From assembly GCA_051294375.1 (NCBI GenBank), contig CM119265.1, positions 17,015,172 through 17,079,171 on the forward strand: DNA of 64,000 bases, written 5' to 3'. Both the position numbers and the translations under genes were made by a program. The stretch is from Paraspadella gotoi (lineage: Eukaryota > Animalia > Chaetognatha). Of the stretch, positions 11,675-25,300 are shown piece after piece. Positions within the stretch are counted from its first letter, which is position 1, and each line of letters opens with the position of its first letter. The notes beneath the pieces are model-generated. The model searched no databases and was not told where the DNA came from. It was given only the letters and a program-made list of their open reading frames with translations.

Positions 11675-14600
11675 ATGAATTCGGACGATTTGCATTTGAA
11701 TATCGATTACCTCGGCTGCTGCGGCATCGTCCTGAGTCCCGAACAGAAATCAGCATTGCAGACATCCCTCGTCATACTGAAGGATCACTACAAATTCAAT
11801 CGCGTCTACTTCTGGGGGAAAATTTTGGGCCTCAAGGAGGACTACTACATAGCACAGGGGACTGTGCAAGATGAAATGAGGGGACGGAAGACGCTCTACT
11901 CCAAAGACTGCATCCAATGGGGCGTGCTGCCTCCGGCCACTAAGGGCACGCGGGACACGGCCAAGCTTGCTAAGGGACGTTTCACGGGAGATCCAAGGTG
12001 AAATGAGTTTTTTTCTAACTCGCGGGCGTAGTTAAATCGTTGTAAAACTAAAATAAGTTAAGTGTACATAAAATACCTCGAAATAAAAAAAGGGAATCTC
12101 CTGCTACTAATGACTTTTACTTTCGCCGACCGGGGTTAGGGAGGGGTTAGGGTTAAGGGTTAGGGTAGTTAGGGTTATGGGTGGTTAGGGTAATTAGGTA
12201 ATATTTTTTTTAAGTGTTTTTTTTAATAAGTATTTTAAAATTATTTTTTAAAAGCCGCCATAACCGCGGTCAGCGAAAGTAAAATTTAGCCCCGCAACAA
12301 ATAACTGAACAAGCATTTTTTGGACCATCGGATTTTAAGATTTTATATAAAAGATTGTATATAAAATATTTTATCTCCTAGATTAATTCAATTAATTTAA
12401 TAAGTCATTTAATATTTTGAAAAAAACGTAAAAAGTAAAATCCTATGTACGTTCCTAATTTTTAAATAACTAAATTCTCAGCCACGAATTCGAGCACGTG
12501 GAGGTGAGGAAGATCGGGGAAGGCGAGGAAGCGACCGAAGAAGAGGAGACGATACAGATAAAGGAGGAAGATCGTCTCTCCGCCTCGGTGACAGAGATCG
12601 ACGAGGACGTGGCGCTCGCTCCGCGCGGGGCCTTCGTCAAGACCCCGCTCGGGACAGTTACGAGAAACAGGTCAGAACCATCTTGAAGAATCACAGTTCT
12701 TTTCCCAGTCCAAACCGGGTTTAACTTGATGCCTAAAGGATATGATAAAGCCTCTCGCTAAATCTCTTGACAATGCGTCATAAATTTCACGAACGAAATT
12801 CGACCAACCCGAAGTAGTCGCGAAGCCGTCTTTTCTTGCGAATTGAACCGTCTGAGTTCCGGCCCGAGTTGGCGTCAACGTTGGGGGAGGGAACGTGAGC
12901 GACGACGATGGGGTCGTCGTCTTCGTCATCGTCTATGACTAGGGTCTCGCAGCTGCTGTCGCGGAGTCCGATGCTGACTGAGACGTTGTTGGGGGGAATG
13001 TTTTTACCGACTCCTACGTTGATGGCGATCTTACGAACTGAAATAGTTTTTTTACTTTTCGCTACAAGCAAGTCACAAGTACACAAAACAAAATTGTATT
13101 TTAACTGATTGGTTCAATCATGACTGTAACTTAAGGCAATATAAGTTAAAAATTTTACCTAATACCTAAAGTTAGTAATTAGGTATAAGTTAAAATTTTA
13201 CTTTCGTCGACGGGTTTTGACTTTTTTCAAAAAATTCAAATATTGGCTCGATTTACTTTCGCCGACCGCGGTTTTGGTGGCTTTTGAAAAATTACTTAAA
13301 AATATTTATTTAAAAAAAAAAAATATTACTTAATTACCCAAACCCTAAACCCTTTTACCTCTAAACCACCCCTAAACCACTCTTAATAGCGGTTAGTTAT
13401 GGTGTTAAAATATTTTTTTGCAAAAATGTTCCGAACCATGAGTAATTCGTTAATTAAAATTATTATATTGCTATATAATGTCAAAAACTGTTTTAGTTAT
13501 TTTAAGTTTTTTTAATTGATTCTGATAGAGCTCAAAAGTTAAACGAAAATCTAATTACAACTTTTTAAAAATTTCATGTTTTATTACTAAAAATTAGCAA
13601 AAACTTAAAATTATCGGATGATGATGATTATTTTTTTAGGTTTTTCCTAATTTTGACCCACTTATCATCAAAAGAATTATACTTTCTGTAGATAACTTTT
13701 GATAAGCTATCTGAATCTGCTTTTAAAAAAAATACAAAATTTAAAAAAATGTTTTTGATATTTCCTATCTATAATTAAATATTAAAAAATTAATTACCAG
13801 TGCTTCTAGCCATTTTTGGTCCATTGAAAGTTTTCTCAGAAATGTATGAAATTTCATTTGGGGAGGTTCCCAAATCAAACTTCTGACCCACCCCATTGAC
13901 AAAGTTTGGCCCTAACCCCGGTCGGCGAAAGTAAAAGTAACCCGTAATATTTTTAAATGTTTTTTCAAAACGCTAAAACCCCGAATGGCAAAAGTAAAAT
14001 TTTGCCAAAATTATTATCTAATTACTTCAACCCTAAATCCCCCTAACCTCATTCGGCGAAAGTAAAATTAGGCCCCTTTTATGTTTTTTGACATTTGAGG
14101 ACATTTTGCCTCTATACCATATTTTTTCATTTTCACTATTGCTTACCTTGTTGGGGTCGAGAACAATGGCCATCATTAACAAGGAGACGTTCTGCTTCTC
14201 GGCTTATAAGACTCTTCCCTTCAATGATCTCCAATTCTCCGGGAATTAACGCCTCCTGTGACATAAACACTCTCATTGCACTCAATTTCTGTTGAGCTGA
14301 TTTCCTGGCACATCTTTCCTCCATCGCCATCTTTTGCACTTTTTCTTTGGATTTCTCCGCCGCGTTGCGCTCCTTCATGATCCACTCCATGCGTTCCTGA
14401 TTCATGCGCAGCTCTTCTTTGCGCCGCTCCAACATCTCCTCTCTGCGAATTCTTTTGTCTTTCTCGGTCCGCGATGTCGCTTCGGCGTTCTTCCTCAAAA
14501 TTCGCTCCAGTCTCTCCCTCTTGAAAGCCTCGCGACTCTTCTCTTCGGCGACGCGCTCCGCCTCCCTCGCCATCTCCACGGCTTTTTCCGACTCCCGTTT

Positions 14601-17600
14601 GATTTGAAGGCATCGATGCTCCGCCGCCGCCGTTGTTTCCTCCGCAGCATTTTTTGAGGCGATCCTCATTTGTCGTAGCTCTTTATTAAGACGCTCGATC
14701 TCTTTCTTTTGCTTTTCGACTATGGCCTCGCTTCGCCGGAACCGCCAACACTTGCCGCCACCGCTATCACAGAGTTTTTCGTAGTTCTTCGCGTCGGTGT
14801 CTTCCAGCATGGCCTCGAGGGACCCGTACTCGACGAAGCAGATCCCGTCGACGACTTTGTGATCGGTATCTAGGGTCAAGTGATCTTCGGAGTTTCCCGT
14901 GAGTTCGAAAGGCAACGGTTTCGAACGAGTTGACGGGAAAAATGAGCGGAAAAGATTCGTCAAGGGCGGAAGCGACGTTCTACCCCGGGTTACCGAATTG
15001 CCCTTTCCCATGTTTTTTTGCTGAGTTTTCTTGGGTGCCATGACGAGATGACATTTAGAAACGAGAACAGACTAAGAACAATACAAATATTTTTGATTTT
15101 ATATAAAAATAATGTTGTCTGAATAGAATGAGTTTCAATCGCCATCGCAATCGTATAGGCAGTGATTTCTATTCGGGTATTTTCAACAATAGAATTGAAA
15201 CTTATATAACTATTATTTCTTTTTTTTCCAATGATTAATATAAAATACGCATTATTTTAAAAAACGGTTGGCTATAGTTATTTTCTCCTTATAACATCGA
15301 ACTCACTGGGTGAATTTCTATGCTTTCAAAATACGGTAAGACATCATTTCTTTTACCTTAAGATGAAACTAAAACGATTTTTCATGGTAAGGGAAACTTT
15401 TAAAGATTAAATTGCTCGTCAGATCTATCACGTTTTTTAGATATACTACAGATTAAGCAAAAAAACGGCACGCTATATTTTAAAACTTTTTTCCATTTTT
15501 TACACTATTTTTTCTCTCTTGAACCTTCTCTCTGTCCCTCTTTTTTCTCTCTTTCTCTCTGTCTTTCTCTCCCTTTCTCCGACTTTTCTGTCTTCATATT
15601 TTTCTGTGTCATCCATTCTTTTTTTCCTTTACCTTTATTTCTCTTCCTCTCTATCTCTGCTTTTCTCTCCCTCTCTGATTATTTTTCTTCCCTCTTTCTT
15701 ATCTTTTCTTTTCTCTTAATTGTTTCGTTTTCCCCTTCTCCCCATATATTAATTTCTTTCCACTCTTTCTCTCTCTCCCTACAACTTTTTTTCACACATG
15801 CTCTCTCTTCTTTATCTTTTTTTCATTCTCACTCATTTTTGCATTATATCATACTGGATGTATAAAAATCTTTAAAATGTATTGTAAGAAAAAAAATCTT
15901 GGGTAGCGTATGGTTTTTATTCAAAGTTTGGTTGCCTAGCAGATTTAAAAAATCGACAGATTTTTGCGGAAATTTTTTCCGCAAAAACCTGTCGATTGAG
16001 AGGAAAAAAATTACTGACGCTTTCCATTACATTAAAAGAATGCGGTTTTTTTTAATCGTTAACCTTAGTATATTTCTCATCTATTAAAACTATAAAATAA
16101 GTCAAAAACCGCGTTTTAGTTCAAATAAAACGCACCTCACAAATCCTCACAAATTAAAAGTTGACTTAAAAATTTAATTTCGCAAAACTATTAAATTTTT
16201 TGCCCTAATTTTTTAGGTACCAGAAGCACCATTGAAAGGGAATATTTGATTAGATTGTGGACATTTTGAAGTATTTTCGTTTAACAAATTAGTAAAAAAA
16301 ATACATTTTTACATTTTATTACAGTCAATTTAAAAATTAATTCATAGGCAAACAATGGATGACCAACGGCAAATGAACCCACTCAGTGGTAAAGAAGATA
16401 AGAAGTACCCGAAATCCGGAGTAAAAAATTTTTCTTCAATGATCTTGACGTTCAAATCTCAAAACAAAAGTCAAAATGGACAAAAATGGACAGAATTTTT
16501 TTTATTAAAAGTTGCAAAAATTATATCGATTCTTGATTAGAAAAAGCAGCAGATGATTTTAATTAATCCGTAGTCCAGCCCACTTTGTCTTAGGGTTCAA
16601 ATTTAATCAATTCTGTTGATAATATTCTAGCAATATTGCAAAAAGTGGTTTTTTTGCTGAATTCCTCAATAGAAATCACTGCCTATAAAGAAATTCTGGA
16701 CCCATGACAAACTTTTGATTCTCAAACAAAAAATCATATTTGATACAGGAAAACTAAGTTTTATTACATATATACATATATACATATATTGGCTTATTAC
16801 ATATATAAAAAATAAATAAATAAATACATGAATATAAATAAATAAATATATAAAAATGAAATGAATGAATAAAATAATATATATTATATTAATTGTACTA
16901 ATTTCATAAAATAAATTGAATGAATGAATTAAATTTATATTTATTTACTAGGAAAAATCGGACGTTTTGACTCTTAAGGGATTCGAGTCTTCATCAGCAT
17001 TTACTTTAAATTAATGAAAGAATTAAGATAAATAAATTGCATCGAGTAAATAAATTTAAAAGTAAGAACTGAAATAATTAAATTGAACGAATTTAATTGA
17101 TTTAATTTAATTGAATTAAAGAAATTGAATGAATAAATGTGTGAAAGATAATGAGATAATAAAAAGGAAAGAATGGTAAAATGATAACATGCGCGACTGC
17201 GATGCCTTAGACATCACGAGTTCGATGCTACACTTCTTTTTTATAATAATAAAAAAAAAAAAAAAAAAAAAAAAAAACAAGAAAAAAAAAAAAGAAAGAA
17301 AGGGAGAATGAGAGAGAAAGAAAAAGAGAGAGAGATAAAAAGAGAGAAAGAGAGAGCTCAGCAGCTGCTCAACTCGATTTTGGACTAATTAGAAGAGGCA
17401 GCATATTACAAAAAAAATATTTTCCATATAAAATGTAAACAAACATTTGGTGTATAACCTCATCAGTTTTCAAGGACCTTAATGATGAGAATATATATCC
17501 AAATTTTCAGCTTCATAAAAAATTCAAATTAAGTTCGTATAGCAACAGCCGGGTTGCCCGTGATGCACAGCTGGGTGAGGCATCTCACCTGTTGGCGTTA

Positions 17601-18200
17601 GGGGCTTCCGACCCTCAGTCACGCTACCTGTGACTGGCGCGGTCACTCATATTCGGTCTCGCATGTGTCAACGCAGAGTTGGAAAGATGGGTCCCCCCTC
17701 TGAGCCAATGGGATTTGCTTAATGTAGTAAAAGGTGAGGCTGTCTGAATATACTGCCAAATTGATTTTTTTTTAAAACTTAGATCCTTCGAAGGGCTCAC
17801 AGTGACGGAGTCGGCCAAGCTCGGTTCCTACCTCCATTTTCGCGAGGCAAGGATCCTGCCAAACAAACCACTTTTGGAAAAGGCCAACCTTGACAAGGCA
17901 CTGGATTTCCTGGATCCTATCGACGAGGACATTCCCAAGGTAAGTGTGACTCGGCGTTGACTAAACTTTCCATAAATAGATTGTTCTTGTTTGACGACAT
18001 CAAAAGCGAATGCTGATATCCTTTTCATTCGACCACAGGGATCGTGGAGTCTTCAATTCGAACGAGGTTCGGGACTGGTCATTCTCAGATCGGCGCTTTG
18101 GCCCGGCTTCTCATTCTACCACGTTCCCGGGACAGCTAAATTTGGTTACCTTTACCTTGGGACTGGGGAACGCAATAAGGACCTGCCTTTTATGCTGTAG
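11675..18200 (+). CDS. RSPH9: Radial spoke head protein 9; exons 11675-11997, 12482-12670, 17783-17939, 18039-18200
   Basis: LSPEQKSALQTSL.IL, FWGKILGLKEDYYIAQG, GRFTGDPS.E.EH, KEEDRL, PRGAFVKTP, N.SFEGL, DIPKGSWSLQFERG, LRSALWPG, GERNKDLPFML. Exon phases agree. Confidence 0.95.
12114..12284. mobile_element. MITE-like element with TTTTACTTTCGCCGACC inverted ends and an internal GGGTTA-rich tract; relatives at ~620-850 and ~13195-14075
   Basis: TTTTACTTTCGCCGACC at ~12115 and GGTCAGCGAAAGTAAAA at ~12268-12284. The same motif recurs near 621, 13197, 13252, 13920 and 14054. Confidence 0.7.
12787..15041 (-). CDS. Unrecognised coiled-coil protein (~381 aa) nested antisense in RSPH9 intron 2; exons 15041-14147 and 13037-12787
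   Basis: An 895-nt open exon ends at AAG|GTAAGC (phase 1) and joins TTTCAG|TT at 13037 in frame (1146 nt in total). GC-rich coding-like composition in AT-rich flanks; E/K/R/A-rich helical core. Confidence 0.7.
13470..13800. repeat. AT-rich interspersed repeat family; copies at ~27965-28310 and ~50670-50950, partial at ~56520-56670 and ~36950-37230
   Basis: Shared GATTCTGATAGAG...AAAGTTA...TACAAC.TTTT and GAATCTG.T.TT motifs. The ~36950-37195 copy forms a ~55-bp inverted pair. Confidence 0.7.
16958..17000 (-). ncRNA. Decayed minimal hammerhead-like motif (Penelope-type)
   Basis: Minus strand reads CTGATGA-A-GACTC-gaatcccttaa-GAGTC-AAAAC-GTC with AATAAA downstream. GAAA has become AAAA. Confidence 0.5.
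17540..17760. mobile_element. Inverted, diverged copy of the 4688-4909 family
   Basis: Shares GCAACAGYCGGGTTGCCYGTGATG, GGGGCTTYCGACCCTCA, CGGTCTCGC, CAACGCAGA and CTGAATATACYGCCA with the reverse complement of 4688-4909. Confidence 0.7.
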
Positions 18201-18686
18201 TTACAACTATCTTGTGTGAGAATTCTTGCTCAGACTTGAGAGTCTAGCGAGCTGCGACGACGCATATGGGGACTGTTCTAAAAATAAATCGAATAGGTCC
18301 GAAATATTTTTTTACTTTGCGACTTTAGTTTCAATTTTTTTTATTGTTTCAAATATTGTTGACAAACCTATGTTTTCGTATGATTCGTAATTAAGTATAT
18401 ATCAGAAATAAAGTGCAAGAAGCGTTTCAGCCCCTATAGAATTTTCATTTGAAATATTACTGGTTCTAATACTCCCTCCCTTAACTTCATAAAAATCAAA
18501 ATCGTGATATACACTTCAAATCAGGTAGTCAATACGAAATTAAACAAAAAAAAATAAAATTGTTAAAAAATCACGTTCAAAACGGATCGTGGCTAAACAA
18601 AATATTGAAATAAAAAAATAGGGCGTATAGAGATAAATAAATGGCGTTTCCCAACACCACAGTATAGCTATCTTCCGTCCGGTGTG

Positions 18687-19308
18687 TCAATATTTGAGAG
18701 GAAGGAGTAGACAATCCCAGTCGATGGCCGGACCAAAGACTTCGCGCTGGAGCCAATGCTCGTAGTTGTCCTTAAACTCCCTGGGCAAAGGAACGTCCCG
18801 ACCGAGAACGCTTAGAAACTCGTTGTCGACGGGGTGGAACTCGGGGTCACCCGCCTGTGAGGAATGACAATTGCTCAAAATAGATCATTAAAGTGGAAAA
18901 CAAAATTCAGAGCTATCGTATCAAATAAAAATTTGGGGAGGGGAATCATAATGAAAAATTAAAAAATAAGTTTAACATCTGGAGCGAGGTTGATTTGGGA
19001 AAAATTAGGTTTAGATGATTGTTATAACATTAAATACTCGCGTGTAAAATTTTACAAATCTTGTCTTAAACACAACTTTATATACTTATTATTGTTAAGA
19101 TAACTTTTTGACAACACTGACTAACCGCGAGGGCCAACAAGACGCTGGGAGGGGCAGTACCGAACGGCATGGCGATGGGGCCCATACTGGCAATAAGATT
19201 CCCGTACCGTCTGGTATTGAATCTGTCTACGTTAGTCCTCAATGCGCATTCCTCGGCCTAAACGAACCGAAACGCCGGGTGGAAATGAGGGTTGTTAAAA
19301 GTTGACAC

Positions 19309-19389
<81 letters not shown>

Positions 19390-22300
19390 TTCTTGTTTTT
19401 AGGTCGAATAAACTTGGAGAATTTTCGAAAACCTGATCGTTTAAACCCGCTGTGACCAGACCTGAAAATCCCACGGTCGGGCGTCCATGTCATTTCCGTA
19501 GGCCCAGTCGTCCGTGAGACGGTGCCTAACTTTTTGATAGATGGCGCTCATAGTTTTCATATTTGACTTACGCCACTGCCTTCCCAAGTACTTGGTTTGC
19601 ACTTTAAGCAGCTTGAGAATGTAGAGTTGCATCATCGCCTGCTTAACCTTTAGAGACGAAATTTGATTGGAGATTGACTGCGCTCTACGTCTACCGTCTA
19701 CATATAAACCGGATGCCAAACCTTAAGCGCGCGTTTCAAGATCGGCGCTGACTTAAAGACGACGAGCATCATTGTGCGGGAATGTTTCCATTTCGTCAGC
19801 TTATTGAGAATCCGAAGCAGGTTGATGCACGAAAAGAGGTTTCGCCAACAGTAGGTACCGGTGGGATTGGTGCTCCCGGCAAGGGCGCAACTGGCGACGC
19901 TTTGATTCATCGACAAATCGCCTGAAAGTGAAAATTCAATAGTTTTTTTTCTTTGACATATATGAAAGAAAGTGCGATCTCACTTCTAATGTCTAATGTA
20001 AATTTGAGCAAACAATGCCGGATTTGCCCCCGATCATTAGCGCTAAGTAGCTGATCATATAATTAATTAATTAATAATTAAATAAATTATTTTTATATTT
20101 TTTATTTTCATAGTAAATGGAAATGCCCACAATTATTAGCGGTAAGCAGATGATCAAATAACTAATTAATTAATTGATTAAAATTGAATAATCAAAGAGT
20201 GAAACAGCCTTTTTATATTTTCCATAAAAAGTTGGAGGATTAACAAGTGACGTTTTATTTCCTTGCTTAGTCTTTTTGTGTGGTCCTCTCAATTGCCTTG
20301 GAGAAGTCTCAAATCTCAACCCGTCTCACGGTGATGGTGGTAGGATTTAGTAAAGGAAAGACGCTTCCTCAATTTTTTGTGGTTTAAAAAAATTCTTCTC
20401 CTGTTTCGTAGGTCTGAGGAACTAAATGTCCGTTCGTCCATTTTTACATTCAGTATGAAGGAGTCAACTTTATCATTGGTGCAACGATAAAACAAAGCAA
20501 TCTAACTCTACTGTACTTCATCTAGAATTAAGCTAACGGCGTAAACATTCCAAGGGATTCTTGCCACGAGAGCAACAATGGCCCGGAAAGAAAAAAACAA
20601 ATAAAAAGCGTGGATTAGCATAATTCGTATTTCTCTTTTCGCTATTCGGTTTAACATTCGGCCGTGGGCGTCAAAGGATAAGGGTGAGATAAAAAGAGAA
20701 AGAATTCGAACCTGGGGCAGGAGGGACCGGGGACCCGATGATGATGGAATCGGTCATGGCAGGGGCAATGCCCCCGGGGGAGGTCGCCGTCGGGGAGGCA
20801 CTGCCCGGCGAAGATGCGTCTAACGCCTCCGCCGTCAGTTCTGACAAGTATAAATACGTAAGAAATTTTAATCTGGAATCTCTTCTTAAAAATTACCCGC
20901 ATTCGTCAGAAAATAACTAATGGAAATAATAATTTTTCTGCTTGAAAAAGAAAGACGTAAGTCTCAAATTCATATTAAAATATGTTGTAAATTTTTAATT
21001 GCATCATTAACTAATAACTATTCATAGTAAAAATCATTCTGAATTAAAGTAGAACAAAATAACAATTTCTGAATAACCATTTAGGAATTTTGTATCATAA
21101 AACAAGTTTTAGAGTTCGACACGAAAAGAATACTTTTTGACAATAGTTTTCCCTCCCACAAATCATTCACTTATGTAGTTACCCAGCATTCTCGAGTCCC
21201 TAATAAGATAAACCCATAACTTTTATTCATGAAAAGTGATAAATAATAATTAATATTAGCGCATTAAATATCCTAACTTTAATTTGAATTCTTTTAATTT
21301 CAGCATAATTATTTTTACCCGGGGGATCACCAATAACGCACGCCGGAAAGTCAAGAACAGCGATTCCATTTTTGGCAGAAATATAAGAAACGATGTTCTG
21401 TGGGGAAGAAAATGTTAGAAATGTTGTAAGACGCCAATTTCAATAAATTCAAGTATTGTAGTTATTTCAGTTATTTTCAAGATAAATAATTTAAAGGTCA
21501 CAAAAAAATTGAATTATTACAAGTTTAAATTTCATAAGTCACATGACTCCCACGAGAACGAAACTAATATCATAATTATTACATTTCTTAAGATAAGGGG
21601 TCAAAAACACATTTCAAATGTTCCTGTTCATTTAAATATAAGTACAATGTCCATTGTGCATGGTATGTTCAAGGACTTATTGATTTTTCAGTCTTTTAAT
21701 CGATCATTTGGGCAGGCCCGGGCAAGTAAAAAACATTCTAAAACAATTCAAAACTCGAGTACAAGGTAAAAACCACTTCACTCACGAGTTCGATCTCGCA
21801 AAAAAGATCCACGATATATCCCGGGGGTTTTACACCGTTTTACGCAATATTTCGTGTCGATCCGATGATGACTCGACAATTTTTATTCCAGCTTTTCTCA
21901 GCAACAATAAAATGACTACTTCTCAAGCGTTCAAACAATTAACGGCTAGTAACCGACAAAGATAAATACACTTCTTGCGACCCTGAGAATGAGTAGTCCG
22001 GAAGTATCGAATCCCGGCTGCCGCATCGACTCAAAAAGGCGACCCTCATTCTCAAATCCGTCGCGAGACCAGAGATCGACAAATAAACAGAATGAAAAGT
22101 AATTGAAAGAGGACGAGCCCGACCGAACTGGATCGATAACGAGAGAAAATAGGTGGATTTTCTTTTTTTTTTTTTTTTTTTGTAAAAAGAAGAATAAAGG
22201 GAAGAGAATCTCTCTCCGCATCGACGATCGTCGAGGAGGAGGAAGAGGAGGCCGAAAAAAGGAAGCTTGGACGGCAAATCCTTTCTCTTAACTTCATATT

Positions 22301-25300
22301 CAAATCTCGTTTCATTGACTCGGGGGAACCAAAAAGGTGGATCACCCGCTCACAAATTCCGGAGGATTATAACTTTATTCCTCCTGACGTGTCTGTCACA
22401 TTCGAAAAGGAAAAACAACCGCAAAAATAACTTGATGCGACACCTTTAAAAGAAAGCTTACGAAAATAAGAGCAATCGAGAAAACCCAACATTTTTGACA
22501 TTCCATCGAAACTGAACGGGCGTATAAAAGCGTGCGACTTTTCGTGCAGGTCTTCAAAAGTGACGTGACTAATTCGCTTGGAAAAAGAGGGAAAAAATTC
22601 TTGCTCCAAAAAGCATTGAAATAAATCTTTTCGAAAATTACATCGCAAATTAAACGAAAACAATAGATGAAATGCCCCACGTTAATGGGAGACCGTTACA
22701 AACTATAACTAACAAGATGGTGACCGTCAAGGAAGAAAAAGCCAAATACCGTAAATCTATCAACAAAAGATTAATCACCCGCATCAAGCACCTGCAAAAT
22801 GAGCGGGAGACTGAAGTTTTCATAGAGGATCAACTCAGACTTACAGAAGAGGAGCAACGAACTACGGAAGAAGTTCACAAAAAAATACACCAGCTCTTCT
22901 CCGACAACATAGACGGCTTCAAAGCCCGGGTAAAAAAGTTGGGGGTAAGGAGGGAAAACGGTAAAGGGAAATACAAAACAAAACGAGACTTCTAAGACCT
23001 TATTAGTTATTTCCTTCTTAAAATATTTTTTATTTTCCCAGTTCACGGATCTGATTCGAAGCGGGTCTTTGGAGAAGGGTACCGCCATTCGAGGCATGAC
23101 GGACGTGGACCTCGTCCTTTACTTCTCGCCTACACCTTCCTTCCCAGAATCGCCGGCCCATTCCCCGATAAATTCGCCGACCACAAAAACACATTTCAAT
23201 TTCGATATCAGGCCCACTGCAACTCCACCCTCGTCGTCTTTGGAGAGGTATTTAATAAACTCGCCATTCTTCATTCTTACCTTACTTATAGACGAATAAT
23301 GGAGATTAACAAAAAATCTGATTACAAGTAATTACTAATGACATCGGCTATTGATTTTTTTAACGTTTATTGGTAAATTTAACAGTGAAAGGCGGTAGAG
23401 AGTGGTATGACAGATGATTGTTTATTTTTGTAGATGAAACGTGAACTTAACAAATTAATATCGATTACCAAGGATATATTTACAATTAATAACGAAATCA
23501 TTTGGGTTAACTTGAAACGGCTGTGAAATCTAAAACTTCGTTTTATTTTTCAGATTGAGGAGGAAACACGAGAAAGTTCAGACTTTAATGCGGGAAATAC
23601 TCGGAAAAAACGGGGAAAAAATCGCGCACGAAATAGTCATTCAACACCAAAACCCCTATGTCGACCAGCTCAACTTCCAGTCAACCCCATCCGCTCCTTC
23701 GTATCAAGTGGACCTGACGCTTGCCGTGGACTTTGATCCCCCATCTCCTTATGTGCAAATGCCCATTGAGTTCGTCGAGAGGGTCAAACGAGACTCGGGA
23801 AACTTTTTTTCGTCCAGTTTCACAAGAGAGCAAAACTTATACATCCGCAATCAGCCTGAGCGAGTCAAGGATCTCATAAGGCTCGTCAAGTTCTGGTATA
23901 AAACAGATGTGCCGGATCTCACGATATACCCCGCGACAGACTGCAAGTTCAAAAGTTATCTTTTTGAGCTTTTGACCATTGGCGTATGGAGGACGAGACT
24001 CAGCAAGTCGTTAGACTTTGAAATGCTCCGAGCATTCAAGACCGTCTTGAAAACGATTACTCAGCACGAAACTATGTATTTGGTGGTAGGAGAGCAAGAG
24101 CCGGCCTCCACGATCATTTCCGACCGACCCCTCATCGTTGGGCCCAACAACGAATACGAGAACGTAGCCAAGTCAGGAAAAAATTGGAAAGAACTCTCGA
24201 GGATAGCTAAAGTCACGATGAACGAAAATAATCTTCGTGAAGTACAGCCTTATTATTTATAATTACTTGTTACTTCGCATCAACTAGTCAATCGGTGCTT
24301 ATCTTTAAATAACAGTGTAGTAGTTTAGTGCAGATTGAAATTCTGCAATAACTAATGGTTAATGTTCATTACTTTATTTAAACTATTGATTATAATTCGA
24401 ACCGTTTGTTTTTAAAATACAAATTTCTCTAAATTAGTTATTCAATGTTTAAATTATGTGTTAAAAAAGAATTTTGTTTCGGATTGTTTGATTAAAACAT
24501 CAATTCTATGATGTATCAAATTATTTATATTTCAAATGAGGCGAATCGCGATAATTAACTCTTTAATACAATAAATCGCGGAAAAATTTTTTTCAAACGT
24601 GCGCCGACACATTCCGTCCAGTAGAATTTTGCGCGCCCACGCGTGTTGGGGTCCAACTTGCCTCGAGTTAGATTTTTAAACCACCATTGACGTAAGGTCT
24701 GACTCAGAGCTTAAAAGGCTTGAACAGGCTCATTCTCATCCACACATTTTTACTCTGAATTAATCGATAGCGAAATTCAAGTCCAAGTGAGTCATTTATA
24801 AGGAAGTCTTGTCAAACGAGGATACACGAAAAATGACTCACAAAAACAAGCGAATTAGATGAAAAAATCCGACAAGGAACAAACATATTGCTAAATAGGC
24901 GCGAAAACCTAAAAAATAATATAAAAGTAGTAATAAAAGTAGTAGAGTTTTTAATTTGTATTTTTACAACGAAAACGCGCTGATGAAGGTCCGAATGTAG
25001 GATCGAAACATGTCCAAATAAATTGTCAAATTCGTTGTAAAAATACAAATTAAAAACTACTACTTTGTAATCAAACAAAAAAAGATTAAAAAGTTGGATG
25101 CAAGTTTTTAATATTTAGAAAATATTAAAATCATCGATTAAATTAATTATCATTAAATAAAACATTTTTAAGCGATGATGAATTTATTAGCATCGCTTTA
25201 TCATTAAATAAATTAAAAATGATGAAATTGATTTTAATTCCAATTGTTTGGTTTTTAAAATAAACTAATGACTAATATTAAAATAGTTGATACCTAGAAT

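Noticed and set aside
21708-22290. Short ORFs upstream of OAS as a partner or effector gene
   Set aside because: All frames are interrupted, no motif was recognised and no consistent splice path was found; may be UTR or promoter.
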